Below the pieces are notes generated by a model that made no database searches, was not told the origin of the DNA, and saw only the letters and a list, made by a program, of their open reading frames with translations. Shown in pieces: positions 49,730 to 62,242 of a stretch of DNA of 64,000 bases. This DNA comes from Candidatus Latescibacterota bacterium. Its GTDB lineage: Bacteria > Latescibacterota > UBA2968 > SICM01. The position numbers were made by a program, and so were the translations under genes. The first letter of the stretch is position 1. Every line of letters begins with the position of its first letter. The stretch is taken from NCBI GenBank assembly GCA_965217865.1, contig CBDCJO010000002.1, forward strand, positions 4,992,001 through 5,056,000, read 5' to 3'.

Positions 49730-51580
49730 ATGAATTTTCAACTTTCTACGCTGATCATCCTGCTGGCGGGGTTCTTGACAACGGCTCACGGGGAGGACGC
49801 TCTCGATCGATCCGTGGATGATGAAGAAAGACTATCCGAGGATATGGTTGCAGACTTGGAAGAACCATTTTTGGACTTGAATCGGGCTTCTGCCGTTGAA
49901 CTAGCGTCCCTTTCGGCCCTTTCATATTCGGATGCCGAAAAGATTGTGGCCTTTCGCGGCTCCCGGGGCCCCTTCCGAAACCCCCACGACCTTTTTTCTG
50001 TTGAAGGAATTCCGGAGTCCGTGGTTGAGGCCATCATACCCATGGTTACCGCGGGCACCCGATATCCGGTCGCATTGAACTCCCGGGCCCGGTTTATCCG
50101 GCGATCCGCGCCCACCCGAGGCGAATCGATTTTTATAGGGGCCAGCCTGCATACCCGAACCTCCTATTCGATCGGAGAAGTGGCGACGGTCTCCTTTACA
50201 ACTGACAAAGATCCGGGCGAGGGGAGTCCTCTAGAATTTACGGCAGGCTTTGTGGAAGTCCAATCGGAGGACTCCGGATGGCGTCTGATTTTAGGGGATT
50301 TTCGGCCCGGTTTCGCTCAGGGGTTGGTGTTCAGCCGATGGGGACGGGTGTACATGGGGATGGATCAGGTGGTACGCGTTTCCAGCCGACGTGTCGGTTA
50401 CCTGTCGACAGATGAGAACGGCGCCCTGAGGGGGGCCTATCTATCCGGGTTGAAGAATGGGTGGAGAATCTCCGGGTTCGGTTCGTCGTCGCGGTATGAT
50501 GCGACAAGGGATACCTCCGGCCTCGTGAACCGGCTTTCCGAGAGCGGAAGACACGTGACCCCGGGGGAGAAGCGGGGTGTGGACGCCCTGCACGAGGCAG
50601 CGTGGGGTTTGAGGGTTGAGCGGGGCCGTCGTGGAGGGGTGGGGATGGGAACCACGGTTCTGAACGCCAGGTTCAACCCTCCTTTTAATGGAAAGAGTCG
50701 GGCCCAAAATCCTCTGGGGTCGGCGACGATCATCGGCGTGGACGGCCATCTCTCCTTCGAAGGATTCCAGGTTGGGGGAGAAGCGGCGCAAGTCGTCTCA
50801 GGGACTCAGGCCTGGGTGGTCGGGGCCATCTACAAGCGCCGTGGGATGAAACTGGGGATCCAAGCCCGGGACTATGATGGGGGATTCCGATCGATCCACG
50901 GGGCCGGGACATCGACATTCGGGGACATCCAAAACGAGCGGGGTTTTGTTTCCGGTGTAAGGCTAAAGGCGCCCGGGATCAAAACTTTCGACCTGATGTT
51001 TGATCGTGCCTGGAGGCCGAACCCCACGGAAAGGTTTCCTGCCGGCTCGCGCAGATCGACGCTTACCTTTCGTGTGGAACAGATCCCCCTTCGAGGTTGG
51101 TTAACCGAATGGAAGGTTCGAGGAAAGTGGGACAAGCGATGGAAAGGGAAACGAATCGGACTGATGAATCATCGGGGGATTAACTTGCGGATCAACCTGA
51201 CGAAGAAATTTCGATCGAATTTCCGGGTAAAGACGAGGGGGGAAATCGTGCGAGCGAGGGTCGGGCCCCAACAGGCGTCAGGGATGGCGTTTTTCGGGGA
51301 TGTCGGCTTCGGCTGGCACGCCTTGAAGGCAAGAGGACGTCTCACCTATTTCGAGGCTCCGTCGTACGAAACACGGATCTTCGAGTGGGAAGACGGCCCC
51401 ACCGGGTTGATGGGAACCCGGACCTTGACGGGGAGAGGATTGAAAGGGTATATCCTGCTTTCCAAACCATTCGGTGGGAGCAAGGCGACAATAAGACTGT
51501 GGCGGTGGCACGCGTTCGATGGGCGTGAGCCGAAGACAGAAATCGTCGCACAATGGGACTGCAGCCTGAAGGGGCTTTGA
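49730..51580 (+). CDS. ComEA-like helix-hairpin-helix protein with probable beta-rich outer-membrane domain
   Basis: Signal peptide; DLNRAS..EL..L, IV.FR..RGPF; DKDPGE, GDFRPGFAQGL. Confidence 0.75.
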   Translation: MNFQLSTLIILLAGFLTTAHGEDALDRSVDDEERLSEDMVADLEEPFLDLNRASAVELASLSALSYSDAEKIVAFRGSRGPFRNPHDLFSVEGIPESVVEAIIPMVTAGTRYPVALNSRARFIRRSAPTRGESIFIGASLHTRTSYSIGEVATVSFTTDKDPGEGSPLEFTAGFVEVQSEDSGWRLILGDFRPGFAQGLVFSRWGRVYMGMDQVVRVSSRRVGYLSTDENGALRGAYLSGLKNGWRISGFGSSSRYDATRDTSGLVNRLSESGRHVTPGEKRGVDALHEAAWGLRVERGRRGGVGMGTTVLNARFNPPFNGKSRAQNPLGSATIIGVDGHLSFEGFQVGGEAAQVVSGTQAWVVGAIYKRRGMKLGIQARDYDGGFRSIHGAGTSTFGDIQNERGFVSGVRLKAPGIKTFDLMFDRAWRPNPTERFPAGSRRSTLTFRVEQIPLRGWLTEWKVRGKWDKRWKGKRIGLMNHRGINLRINLTKKFRSNFRVKTRGEIVRARVGPQQASGMAFFGDVGFGWHALKARGRLTYFEAPSYETRIFEWEDGPTGLMGTRTLTGRGLKGYILLSKPFGGSKATIRLWRWHAFDGREPKTEIVAQWDCSLKGL

Positions 51581-51651
51581 CTGAAAAGAGGGGAAGATTT
51601 TGATGAAACCCAAAGTCCAAATCATAACCAGATGGTTTTCCCAAACGAAAG

Positions 51652-52671
51652 TTATCTCCTCAGGTACTGCCTCTCATAGTATGCCTTAAAGTCACTACCT
51701 TCTTTGATATTCCGCCACCAATCCTGATGTTCCAGATACCAGGAAACGGTCTTGCGGAGTGCGCTTTCGAAATCATACTGCGGCTTCCAGCCGAGTGCCC
51801 TGATCTTCGAGGTATCGAGGGCGTATCGCATGTCGTGTGCGGGGCGGTCCTTTACGAATTCGATGAGCCTCTCGGATTCCTCGACCAATTTCAGGATCTT
51901 TTTGGCAACCGTCTCCCCGTCCGCATCGTTATCGCCCCCAATGTTGTAGGCTTCGCCTGGAGTTCCTTTGTGGAGCACCACGTCGATCGCCTCGCAGTTA
52001 TCGGTCACATAAAGATGGTCCCGAACCGCGAGCCCCTTGCCGTAGACGGGGAGGGGCAGGTCCTCGATTGCGTTGGAGATGAATAACGGCACTCTCTTTT
52101 CCGGGTACTGAAAGGGCCCGATATTGTTCGCAGATCGAGTGATCAGGACCGGAAGGCCGTATGTCAACCCGAACGCCCGGGCCATCAAATCGCCTGCGGC
52201 CTTGCTGACCGAATAGGGATTTCGCGGGGCCATGGGCACGTCTTCCGACCAAGGGGGCTCACCAGGAGCAAGGCTTCCGTACACCTCGTCGGTAGAAATC
52301 TGTAATATCCGTTCGACGGGGTGTCGGCGCGCTGCGTCCAAAAGGGTGAAAACGCCCATCGTGTTGGACCGCATAAAGTCCTCGGCCTCCATAATGCTCC
52401 GGTCCACGTGGCTCTCGGCCGCAAAGTTCACCACCCCGTCGACGCGTTGCATCAGACGGTCTACCAATTCTCGGTCACAGATATCCCCCTGAACGAATTC
52501 ATAGCGTGGATTTTTCTCCACATCCCTCAGGTTGTCGAGGTTCCCGGCATACGTCAGCTTGTCCAGGTTGACCACCTCGTAGTCCTCGTACTTTTGGAGG
52601 AGGTGCCTGATAAAGTTGCTGCCGATGAATCCCGCCCCGCCGGTAACCAGAAATGTTTTCACGGATGCCAT
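51652..52671 (-). CDS. rfbB: dTDP-glucose 4,6-dehydratase
   Basis: VTGGAGFIGSNF, DKLTYAG, AAESHVDRSI, STDEVYG, YSVSK; start could be 52698. Confidence 0.95.
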   Translation of the reverse strand: MASVKTFLVTGGAGFIGSNFIRHLLQKYEDYEVVNLDKLTYAGNLDNLRDVEKNPRYEFVQGDICDRELVDRLMQRVDGVVNFAAESHVDRSIMEAEDFMRSNTMGVFTLLDAARRHPVERILQISTDEVYGSLAPGEPPWSEDVPMAPRNPYSVSKAAGDLMARAFGLTYGLPVLITRSANNIGPFQYPEKRVPLFISNAIEDLPLPVYGKGLAVRDHLYVTDNCEAIDVVLHKGTPGEAYNIGGDNDADGETVAKKILKLVEESERLIEFVKDRPAHDMRYALDTSKIRALGWKPQYDFESALRKTVSWYLEHQDWWRNIKEGSDFKAYYERQYLRR

Positions 52672-52694
52672 CCTGAGAAGAGCAGCCCGTTCGG

Positions 52695-53873
52695 TCAATT
52701 TGAGCTGTTTTGTTTGACAACCTCCACTTGGCCGGAGTCACGGCGGATGATCCTGTATGGCCTCCGGGCAAGCCTGGCTTTCCAGTCCCCCCGGGGAAAC
52801 GGCCAGGGGCATTCCGCCCATTCGATGTAAGGCGCCATGAGCGACGTGCAAAATCTGAAGGCCTGGGTAGCGTTCATGTTGGAACGGGGTTTTTCGGAGG
52901 GGCGGCAGATCCGGCTGCCGCACCAGTTAATCGGATCGGTCCCTTTCCGGGTGCTGGCAAATCCCCCATCCGGAATCTGGAAATCTTTGAAGGATTCGAC
53001 GATCGCACCAAGGACCGCGTTCAGATCCACCCTGCGATAATCCGAAATCTCCAAACAAATCAGGCAGAGTTCGGCCACATTGCGTGGAATCAGAATATTA
53101 TCCATGTCTTGAAAACTCCCATCGGCCCACCGTTTGATAAGGGTGTCGGCCAAACGATCGGTGTGTGGGAAGTTGAATCCGGTGTTCCAGAACGGACCGG
53201 CCATGATCTTGAAAGCACCCGACATCTGCTGTTCGAGGGGGATGTCGATCCGACCCCACATCCCGGTGTCGGGATTCTGATGAGAGAGGATGATCTCCAT
53301 ACCCTCGGTCAACGAGGGGATGACTTCCTCGTTCCCAAGGTTCAAATATTCAAAAAGCTCATTGGTCCTACCCGCCGCACCTGACCCCGTACCCCACGGC
53401 TGATCCCAGTCACCGTGCTTCAGATAATCGATGTAGGCCTGCCCGTCCGGATCGCCCCTTCCACCGGTTTTGGTGTAAGGGTAGCGAGGCTTGCTCCCCA
53501 ATTGATTCAGGAACATGGTCGCATACTTTGTGACGGCGTCACGGAATGTGCGACGTACTTTCAGATCCTCCCGCCCCTCCAGTCGCTCGTCCAGGTAGGG
53601 GTCTATAAAAAGGCCGGAATCGGGATCCTGGAACCCCTGGGCATAAGCGATGGTTTTTGTCAAAGCGGTAGAAGAATATCTCGGAAGCTTGGCCAGGGGG
53701 ATCGTTTCCTTGAGCAGCCAGAGACCCACCCCGCTGGCGGTCAGGCAGTGAGGCATTTCCGCATCCACGCAGTCCTTGAACAGGCCAAATCCTTCAGGGT
53801 CCATGACCGATATCAACCACGAATCGATTGCGGCCGGCGTTTCAAAAAGCCAGGATCGGGTTTCGGCTGTCAC
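52695..53873 (-). CDS. Hypothetical protein, alpha/alpha-barrel-like repeats
   Basis: Long ORF between rfbC and rfbB; QDPDSGLF, QNPDTGMW, QIPDGGF repeats resemble prenyltransferase/QW motifs. Confidence 0.6.
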   Translation of the reverse strand: MTAETRSWLFETPAAIDSWLISVMDPEGFGLFKDCVDAEMPHCLTASGVGLWLLKETIPLAKLPRYSSTALTKTIAYAQGFQDPDSGLFIDPYLDERLEGREDLKVRRTFRDAVTKYATMFLNQLGSKPRYPYTKTGGRGDPDGQAYIDYLKHGDWDQPWGTGSGAAGRTNELFEYLNLGNEEVIPSLTEGMEIILSHQNPDTGMWGRIDIPLEQQMSGAFKIMAGPFWNTGFNFPHTDRLADTLIKRWADGSFQDMDNILIPRNVAELCLICLEISDYRRVDLNAVLGAIVESFKDFQIPDGGFASTRKGTDPINWCGSRICRPSEKPRSNMNATQAFRFCTSLMAPYIEWAECPWPFPRGDWKARLARRPYRIIRRDSGQVEVVKQNSSN

Positions 53874-53952
53874 GAGATCGAAGTCCTCTTTGTTCGGGAT
53901 TTGCTACAGGGGGAAGGCGGATTGGAGACCTCGACCGCCACCTATTTCCAAT

Positions 53953-54444
53953 CTATCGCATTTCGGTCGTCCAATCGAAACCAATGGAGGGGTCATCGTA
54001 GGGGATTCGCTGTTCGTCGGGGTCCTTCGGGTCGTAGGGTTGGCTCACGTGGTAGAGGAGGTAAGCCGGATCATTTCCGAGGACGCGATACCCGTGTGCC
54101 ACGCCTCGCGGAATGACCAGCAGGATCGGATTATGCTCTCCCATGCAGTAGACCTCGGTGAGCCCCCTGGTGGGGGAATCTTCACGAAGGTCGTGGAGGA
54201 CCGCCTGGGCCATTCCTTTTACGACAAACCACGCGTCATCCTGCCGCTTGTGCCAGTGGAAGGCTTTGATGACGCCCGGGTAGGACATGGTGATGCTCGT
54301 CTGGCCAAACTCAGCAAACCCCTTGCCGAAAAAGGGGTCGTCCGTCCTCAGGAGTTCTGCAAGAAAACCCCGGTCGTCTGCAAAGACAACCAATCGTTTC
54401 CCCCATACATCATCGATCCTGCCCGCAAAGAGGGTCTCGTTCAC
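53953..54444 (-). CDS. rfbC: dTDP-4-dehydrorhamnose 3,5-epimerase family
   Basis: DDRGFL.E, GVIKAFHWH, DLREDSPT, IPRGVAHGY. Confidence 0.9.
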   Translation of the reverse strand: MNETLFAGRIDDVWGKRLVVFADDRGFLAELLRTDDPFFGKGFAEFGQTSITMSYPGVIKAFHWHKRQDDAWFVVKGMAQAVLHDLREDSPTRGLTEVYCMGEHNPILLVIPRGVAHGYRVLGNDPAYLLYHVSQPYDPKDPDEQRIPYDDPSIGFDWTTEMR

Positions 54445-54466
54445 GGTAAGTTCCCTTCAGATGGGT

Positions 54467-55059
54467 TTAATAGAAGGCCATACTGGCATATGTGACTGCG
54501 GAATCGGTCTGCGGATCGACGGTTCGGTCATAGTTCAGGAGCCGGCCCTCGGAGGCATTCATCACCTGAAGCATCGTGTAGATGGAGGAGGTTCCGCAGA
54601 TCCGTCTGCGGTCGCCGTCCCTCTGAATCGTTTTAAAGAACCCATCCGCATCGAGGGTTTCAATCGCTTCGATGCGTTCCCGGTCCTCGGACGCAACCGA
54701 TTCGAGGAAGTCCGGCGGACCGGGGCACGGCGATAACCATCGAGAGCTTGTTGCCGAAGCTTTGAAACTCGGTTCCCCTCTAGAAAGAGCGCCTCGTCCA
54801 GCTGGTTTATGATCTCCCTTATCCTGTCACTCGGGATGACTGTCCCGAACTGTCGGGTATACGCGAGTGAGATGTCCGGAATGGAATGCCGGCCGTCGAA
54901 CATCGCGATAATATAGAAAAGTTCCGGCGGGACCATCACCGCACCTTCGGCCAGACCTTCGGGGTCTCTCAAACAGATAGAGGATCGACCCTGGATCTTG
55001 ACCGGATATGCCTCAACCGCACGAAGTTTGGGATAGTCCGAACCCATATTTTCCGCCAT
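54467..55059 (-). pseudogene. MEMO1 (AmmeMemoRadiSam protein B)-like gene with large internal deletion and frameshift
   Basis: N-terminus PKLR..E..P...LRDP...LDEALFL...APVR joined out of frame near 54715 to C-terminus ICG..IY..L...GRLLNY...VTYASMAFY*. Confidence 0.75.
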
Positions 55060-55156
55060 CAGGAAATCCTCAACCATAAAGAGAAATCCCACAGGACTTT
55101 AAAAAGGTTATACAGGATGTTATAGTAAAATTCACCTGAGTTGTCAACTTCAATTG

Positions 55157-55192
55157 AAAAAAATCCCCGCCTGGCAAAATCCAGACGGGGAT
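55157..55192 (-). terminator. Intrinsic terminator of the cold-shock gene
   Basis: Minus strand ATCCCCGTCTGG-loop-CCAGGCGGGGAT followed by a T-run. Confidence 0.8.
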
Positions 55193-55220
55193 AGGATTCG
55201 AGTTGGATTTTCGGATAAGA

Positions 55221-55424
55221 TCAGTCCGATTTGGTGACGTTTGCGGCCTGGGGGCCCTTAGGTCCCTGGGTAATTTCGAATTCCACTTGTTGTCCCTCAC
55301 TCAACGATTTGAAGCCATCCTGTTCAATCGCAGAGAAATGAACAAAGACATCCTCACCATCATCCTGTTCAATGAAGCCATAGCCCTTGCTGTCGTTGAA
55401 CCACTTTACCCGACCAACCGGCAT
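55221..55424 (-). CDS. cspA: Cold-shock protein
   Basis: [29 protein letters not shown]. Confidence 0.95.
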   Translation of the reverse strand: MPVGRVKWFNDSKGYGFIEQDDGEDVFVHFSAIEQDGFKSLSEGQQVEFEITQGPKGPQAANVTKSD

Positions 55425-55639
55425 GTATTATCACCTACTTTCTTTTCTGGATGGTTCGTCTTCTGACCTGTCAGAAAGAGAAAATAAAAACACCACAAAG
55501 CCTAAAACAAAGCCTTGTGGTCCGCGTGCGAATTGCATGTCAGATCGACACTTTGAATCAAGCTGCAATTATTTTTATTTTATTGTCGGATAAAAATAAT
55601 AAGACGTGCCATACGATATGTCAAGCATTTTTTGAAAAT

Positions 55640-56425
55640 TTATCGCGACGCAATTTTCGCAATCCAGATGCTGATCTCATAAAGAAAGCAGAGGGGGAGG
55701 GCAAGCATCAGCTGAGAGAACGGGTCCGGGGATGGCGTAGCGACAGCAGCGATGATGAAGACGCCCACGTAAGCATAAGGTCGATAGTGTCTCATGAACG
55801 GGGCGGTGAGGACACCCACTTTTGCGAGAAAAAAAGCAACCACGGGGAGTTCGAAGACCAATCCGAAGACTGCGACTGTGTAGATGATAAAAGTAATATA
55901 TTGTCGGACATCGAGCATGGTCTTGACATCGAGGGTCCCCATACCCACGAGAAATTTCAGCATCGTCGGGATGGCTCCGAAATAAGCCAGGGAGGCCCCG
56001 CATAAAAAACAGAAGAAGGTGGAGGAGACGACTCCCCACAGGTATAGACGTTCTGTTTTGTAAAGCCCGGGGGCCAGGAACAACCAGAACTGATAAACGA
56101 TCACGGGGAGGGCAAGGATCAAGCCGCCGATGAGAGCGGCGTTCATCCGCACCAGGAACATGCCCAGCGGATGGGTGTTGATGAATTGCACCGGCGGGTC
56201 CGCAACCCTGCCAGGACGCAGGATGATGTCGAGGAGGTTGTCGGAAAAGATACCGCATATAATGATTCCGACGAACAGGGCTCCCAAGGCCTTGATGATC
56301 CGCCAACGCAGCTCTTCGAGATGGTCGAGGAAGGGCATCGCCCTCTGGTCGGTTTCCGATCCTTCAGGATCCGCTTCGTGTTCGGCTGACAACTTTTCTA
56401 TGGATTGATCGGATTCTTCCGGCAT
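55640..56425 (-). CDS. tatC: Twin-arginine translocase subunit
   Basis: MPFLDHLEELRWR, FLAPGLY..E, FELP, TPSPD, LYEISI. Confidence 0.95.
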   Translation of the reverse strand: MPEESDQSIEKLSAEHEADPEGSETDQRAMPFLDHLEELRWRIIKALGALFVGIIICGIFSDNLLDIILRPGRVADPPVQFINTHPLGMFLVRMNAALIGGLILALPVIVYQFWLFLAPGLYKTERLYLWGVVSSTFFCFLCGASLAYFGAIPTMLKFLVGMGTLDVKTMLDVRQYITFIIYTVAVFGLVFELPVVAFFLAKVGVLTAPFMRHYRPYAYVGVFIIAAVATPSPDPFSQLMLALPLCFLYEISIWIAKIASR

Positions 56426-56537
56426 TTCATCCCAAAAGGAAATAGAATTTACAACAGGAGAATTTTAATCCGATGGGTGGTGTTGAAGAGGGAAGAGGGG
56501 GGTATGGCCTGCCCGCTGGAACCGATCAGTCGTTCCG

Positions 56538-57695
56538 TTAAGGAAGCGCCTTATCTATGATTCCCCCGCCCAGGACGAGGTCGCCGTCATAGAGCACCAG
56601 GGACTGACCGGGGGTTAGCGCACGCTGAGGACGATCAAATCGGAAGCGGATTCGATTGTTCTCCACCGGCAGGATCATCCCGGGGGCGGCATCGTGGCGG
56701 TAACGCATCTTGGCCCCGGCACATAATTCCGGCGGTGGGGACTCAAAGGCGATCCAGTTGGCGGATGACGCGAGGACTTCGCTGGCCAGAAGATCGTCCG
56801 GACTTCCGATCCGGATGGTGTTCGTGTCCGCGTCGATGGAGGTGACATAGCGGGGTGACGCTGCCGCAACACCAAGACCCTTTCGCTGGCCGACGGTGAA
56901 AAAAGCGGCTCCTCGATGCGTTCCAACCCTGGAACCATCGACGTCCAGTACCGGCCCGGGCCGGAAGGTTGATGGCGAAATTTCTTCGATCCGGGCCCGA
57001 TCTCGCATAAAACGCTCTACCTTCCGGTCCACGATAAAACAGATATCCTGGCTTTCCGGTACGTCAGCTGTCTTGAGGCCCGATTCGCGGGCAACACCTC
57101 TGACATCTTCCTTTGAGAGTCCGCCCAGCGGGAAGATCGTTCGCCGAAGCATCTCCTGAGAAAGACCCCACAGGACGTAAGACTGGTCCTTGCGTGGATC
57201 GGCGCTGCGCTTTAGGATGTAGCGGGAAAGTCCGTTTCCCCAGCTGGCTCGGGCGTAATGTCCGGTGGCGATCCGGGCGGCCCCAAGGGATTCCGCCTTT
57301 CGAAGGAGAGGATCCCATTTGACCTTATGATTGCACATCACGCAGGGATTCGGCGTCCGCCCATTGAGGTATTCGTCCACGAAATTCCGAATGACGGATT
57401 GGCCGAAGTCCTCACGCAGGTCGAAGACAAAGTGGGGTGCGCCAATTTGGTGACAGACGGCCCTCGCATTGTTGATCCCTTCCACCCCGCAACAGCTTCC
57501 CTTCCCGTGCGTCGGATCGCCCCCTACCTGGTCGTAACTCCACAGGTGCATTGTCACACCGATCACGTCGTAACCGCGGCGCTTCAGCAGGAAGGCAGCT
57601 ACGGAACTGTCCACCCCGCCGCTCATCCCAACCACAATACGGGGTTCTGAGTCGGGGGCTGGAATCGTCTCGAGAATTCGATTCAAATCGATCAT
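56538..57695 (-). CDS. mnmA: tRNA 2-thiouridylase
   Basis: MSGGVDSS, GRTPNPCVMCN, ATGHY, KDQSY, ESQDICF, TPGQ. Confidence 0.96.
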   Translation of the reverse strand: MIDLNRILETIPAPDSEPRIVVGMSGGVDSSVAAFLLKRRGYDVIGVTMHLWSYDQVGGDPTHGKGSCCGVEGINNARAVCHQIGAPHFVFDLREDFGQSVIRNFVDEYLNGRTPNPCVMCNHKVKWDPLLRKAESLGAARIATGHYARASWGNGLSRYILKRSADPRKDQSYVLWGLSQEMLRRTIFPLGGLSKEDVRGVARESGLKTADVPESQDICFIVDRKVERFMRDRARIEEISPSTFRPGPVLDVDGSRVGTHRGAAFFTVGQRKGLGVAAASPRYVTSIDADTNTIRIGSPDDLLASEVLASSANWIAFESPPPELCAGAKMRYRHDAAPGMILPVENNRIRFRFDRPQRALTPGQSLVLYDGDLVLGGGIIDKALP

Positions 57696-57789
57696 AAGGA
57701 ATTGAATATAACCGGCTTCTGAAGAGTTGTCAAGGCGAAAGCTCCCCGTGATGAACCGGTCCCGGGCGGTTCCATCCCTCCGCTTTTGC

Positions 57790-57819
57790 TTGACAGACCC
57801 TGTCCGCCGGTTTTATACT
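57790..57819 (+). promoter_or_regulatory. Sigma70-type promoter of the bio operon
   Basis: TTGACA N18 TATACT about 80 bp upstream of bioF. Confidence 0.6.
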
Positions 57820-57896
57820 CACCGAGAATTTCACAAGAACTCGGGTCCGTTGGTGGACGGATCCCCCCCCTGTGCAACGGTTAGGAGGACTGCCCG

Positions 57897-59061
57897 ATGA
57901 GCGATCATCTGGCATTTATCGGCGACGAACTGAACGACCTGGAAAGAAGAGGGCTCCGCCGTTATCTCAGGGTCCTGGAGGGCGCACAGGGCCCCGTTGT
58001 GAGCGTTTTAGGTCGGACCCTGAAGCTTTTCTGCAGCAACGATTACCTTGGCCTGGCGAACCATCCGGCTCTCAAGGCTGCGGCGAATGCGGCTATTGAG
58101 AAATACGGATACGGAACGGGGGCCTCCCGGCTTGTGTCCGGGACGATGGAACCGCACGCCAAGCTCGAGGTGCAACTGGCCGATTTCCTAGGTTCGGAGG
58201 CCGCCCTTGTTTTTTCGTCCGGATACATGGCCAACGTCGGTACGATCCCCGCCCTCGTGGGAAAAGGAGACGCGGTGATCCTGGACCGCCTGGACCACGC
58301 CAGCATCGTCGACGGGGCCCGTCTGTCCGGAGCCAGGACATTGGTCTACGCTCACCGCGATGTCGAAAGACTTAAGGCCGTGCTGGAGCGTCACTCAGGC
58401 TACCGGCGGAGATTGATTGTGACGGATGGGGTCTTCAGCGTGGACGGTGACATCGCCCCGCTGAAGGAGATCCAGCGACTTTCACGTGAGCACGGGGCGA
58501 TCCTGATGTTGGACGATGCACACGGAACAGGTGTGCTTGGCGAGAACGGACGCGGAACCCTCGAACACCTGGGAGCCGAAGGGGTGGATGTCCTGATGGG
58601 CTCTTTGAGCAATGCCATGGGGGGCACGGGTGGATATATTGCTGCAAGCCGGCGGCTGATCGATTTTCTTATCAATAGATCGCGAACGTTCGTCTTCACA
58701 ACCGCTCTGCCCCCGGATGCCTGCGCAGTGGCCTCAGCCGCCATCGACCTGGTTGCGTCCGGTCCCGGGCTTCGAGATCGCCTTTGGGAGAAGGTGGGTC
58801 AGATAAAGAGGGAGTTGACGGGGATGGGTTATGACTTGATGGGCTCGGAGACTCAGATCGTACCTGTTTTGGTCGGGGAAGCCCAGAAGGCGAAGGAACT
58901 ATCCGATTACCTGTATGAAAGAGGGGTCTTCCTCTCTGCGATCCGTCCCCCGACCGTTCCGAAAGGCCAAAGCCGGTTGCGGTTGACCATCACCGCCGGC
59001 CATTCGGCCGAGGACATCGGGTTTCTGCTGGAGGCTATGAGGGAAGCTCGGAGGCGATTTT

Positions 59062-59069
<8 letters not shown>
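57897..59069 (+). CDS. bioF: 8-amino-7-oxononanoate synthase (PLP lysine replaced by Asn)
   Basis: SNDYLGL, SGYMAN, HASIVDG, DDAHG, IRPPTVP; GSLSNAMG instead of G(T/S)LSKA.G. Confidence 0.9.
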
Positions 59070-61136
<2,067 letters not shown>

Positions 61137-61158
61137 ATGTGGGATGAATGATGCAGAA

Positions 61159-62181
61159 TCACGTGGTATCCTCATATTGTTTCAACACCTGCTCCGGCGA
61201 AGCCGTTCCCGTTACCCCTACCTGTTGAACCGTGATCGAGGCGACCAGAACGCCGATCGTGGCCGCCTCGATATGGGTTGCCCCCCCACAAAGAGCGGAG
61301 ACGATCCCGGCCGTTGTGCTGTCACCCGCTCCCACCAGATCTAATTTTCCTTCGGCCCACACTCCGCGGATATGCTCGTTTCCCCCCTCTGTGATCAGGA
61401 GAAGGCCCTCTTCGCTCATCGTCAGGTAGATGGGCATCCGGGTTCTTTCGAATAACGTCCGTCCGCACCGTTCCGCCATCGGGCCGTCAACGTCGCCGTC
61501 CCATTCCGGGTGAATGGCCCTGGCGGCCTCCCGGCGGTTGGGCTTGAGGATGGCGTTTCGAAACTGGCCGATATGGGCTCGAGAATCGACGAAAAAACAT
61601 TTTTCCCTATATTTTCCCGCGAGTTCGGCCAACTCCGCCCGGAGCCTGGCCGTGATCACCCCGCATTCCGGCTCCTCCACCTGATCCGCGACGATGACCC
61701 CGTCAAATTCGGGGAGGACGCTCCGGAGTTTCTGGATGATCTGATCCTCTAAGTGGGGAGGTGTGGGGGTCCTGTTTTTGATATCGAGACGATTAATCTC
61801 GCGTTCCGTCCCCGTTTTATCCCTGGACATCGGCTTTGTGTAAGTTGGCGTCAAGCGGTCCGGGGTATCGATCAGGAGATCGACGTCGACGGAGATGTCC
61901 GTAAGGCCCTGTTTGAGTTCATAACCCTCACCGTCGTCTCCGATAAAACCCAAGGCGGCTGTCCTTACACCAAGAGCCCTGAGGTTGGACGTCACGGTCC
62001 CGGCGGCCCCGGGAAAACACCTTGCGTCTATCACCTGATACGCATCCAGCCCGGTCTCAAGAGAAGGCTCGTTCAGATCGGGATCGATGATCAGATATTT
62101 GTCGAGGAAGAAATCACCGAGAACCAGGACAGAGGTTTCTGGGAAGCGGCTCAGGAGGGATTCGAGGCGGGCACGGTTCAT
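61159..62181 (-). CDS. PfkB-family kinase, HldE/RfaE kinase-domain-like
   Basis: GDFFLDKY, PGAAG, KPNRRE, DLVGAGDS; start placed at MNRARLE. Confidence 0.85.
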   Translation of the reverse strand: MNRARLESLLSRFPETSVLVLGDFFLDKYLIIDPDLNEPSLETGLDAYQVIDARCFPGAAGTVTSNLRALGVRTAALGFIGDDGEGYELKQGLTDISVDVDLLIDTPDRLTPTYTKPMSRDKTGTEREINRLDIKNRTPTPPHLEDQIIQKLRSVLPEFDGVIVADQVEEPECGVITARLRAELAELAGKYREKCFFVDSRAHIGQFRNAILKPNRREAARAIHPEWDGDVDGPMAERCGRTLFERTRMPIYLTMSEEGLLLITEGGNEHIRGVWAEGKLDLVGAGDSTTAGIVSALCGGATHIEAATIGVLVASITVQQVGVTGTASPEQVLKQYEDTT

Positions 62182-62242
62182 GTTCCTTGTGTCGGACGTG
62201 GTTTCTGATTCGTCGTTCGTGATTTCTTCATCCGATCCCGAA

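Noticed and set aside
57728-57795. TGTCAAG...CTTGACA as a BirA operator
   Set aside because: Half-sites are about 55 bp apart, far longer than BirA boxes
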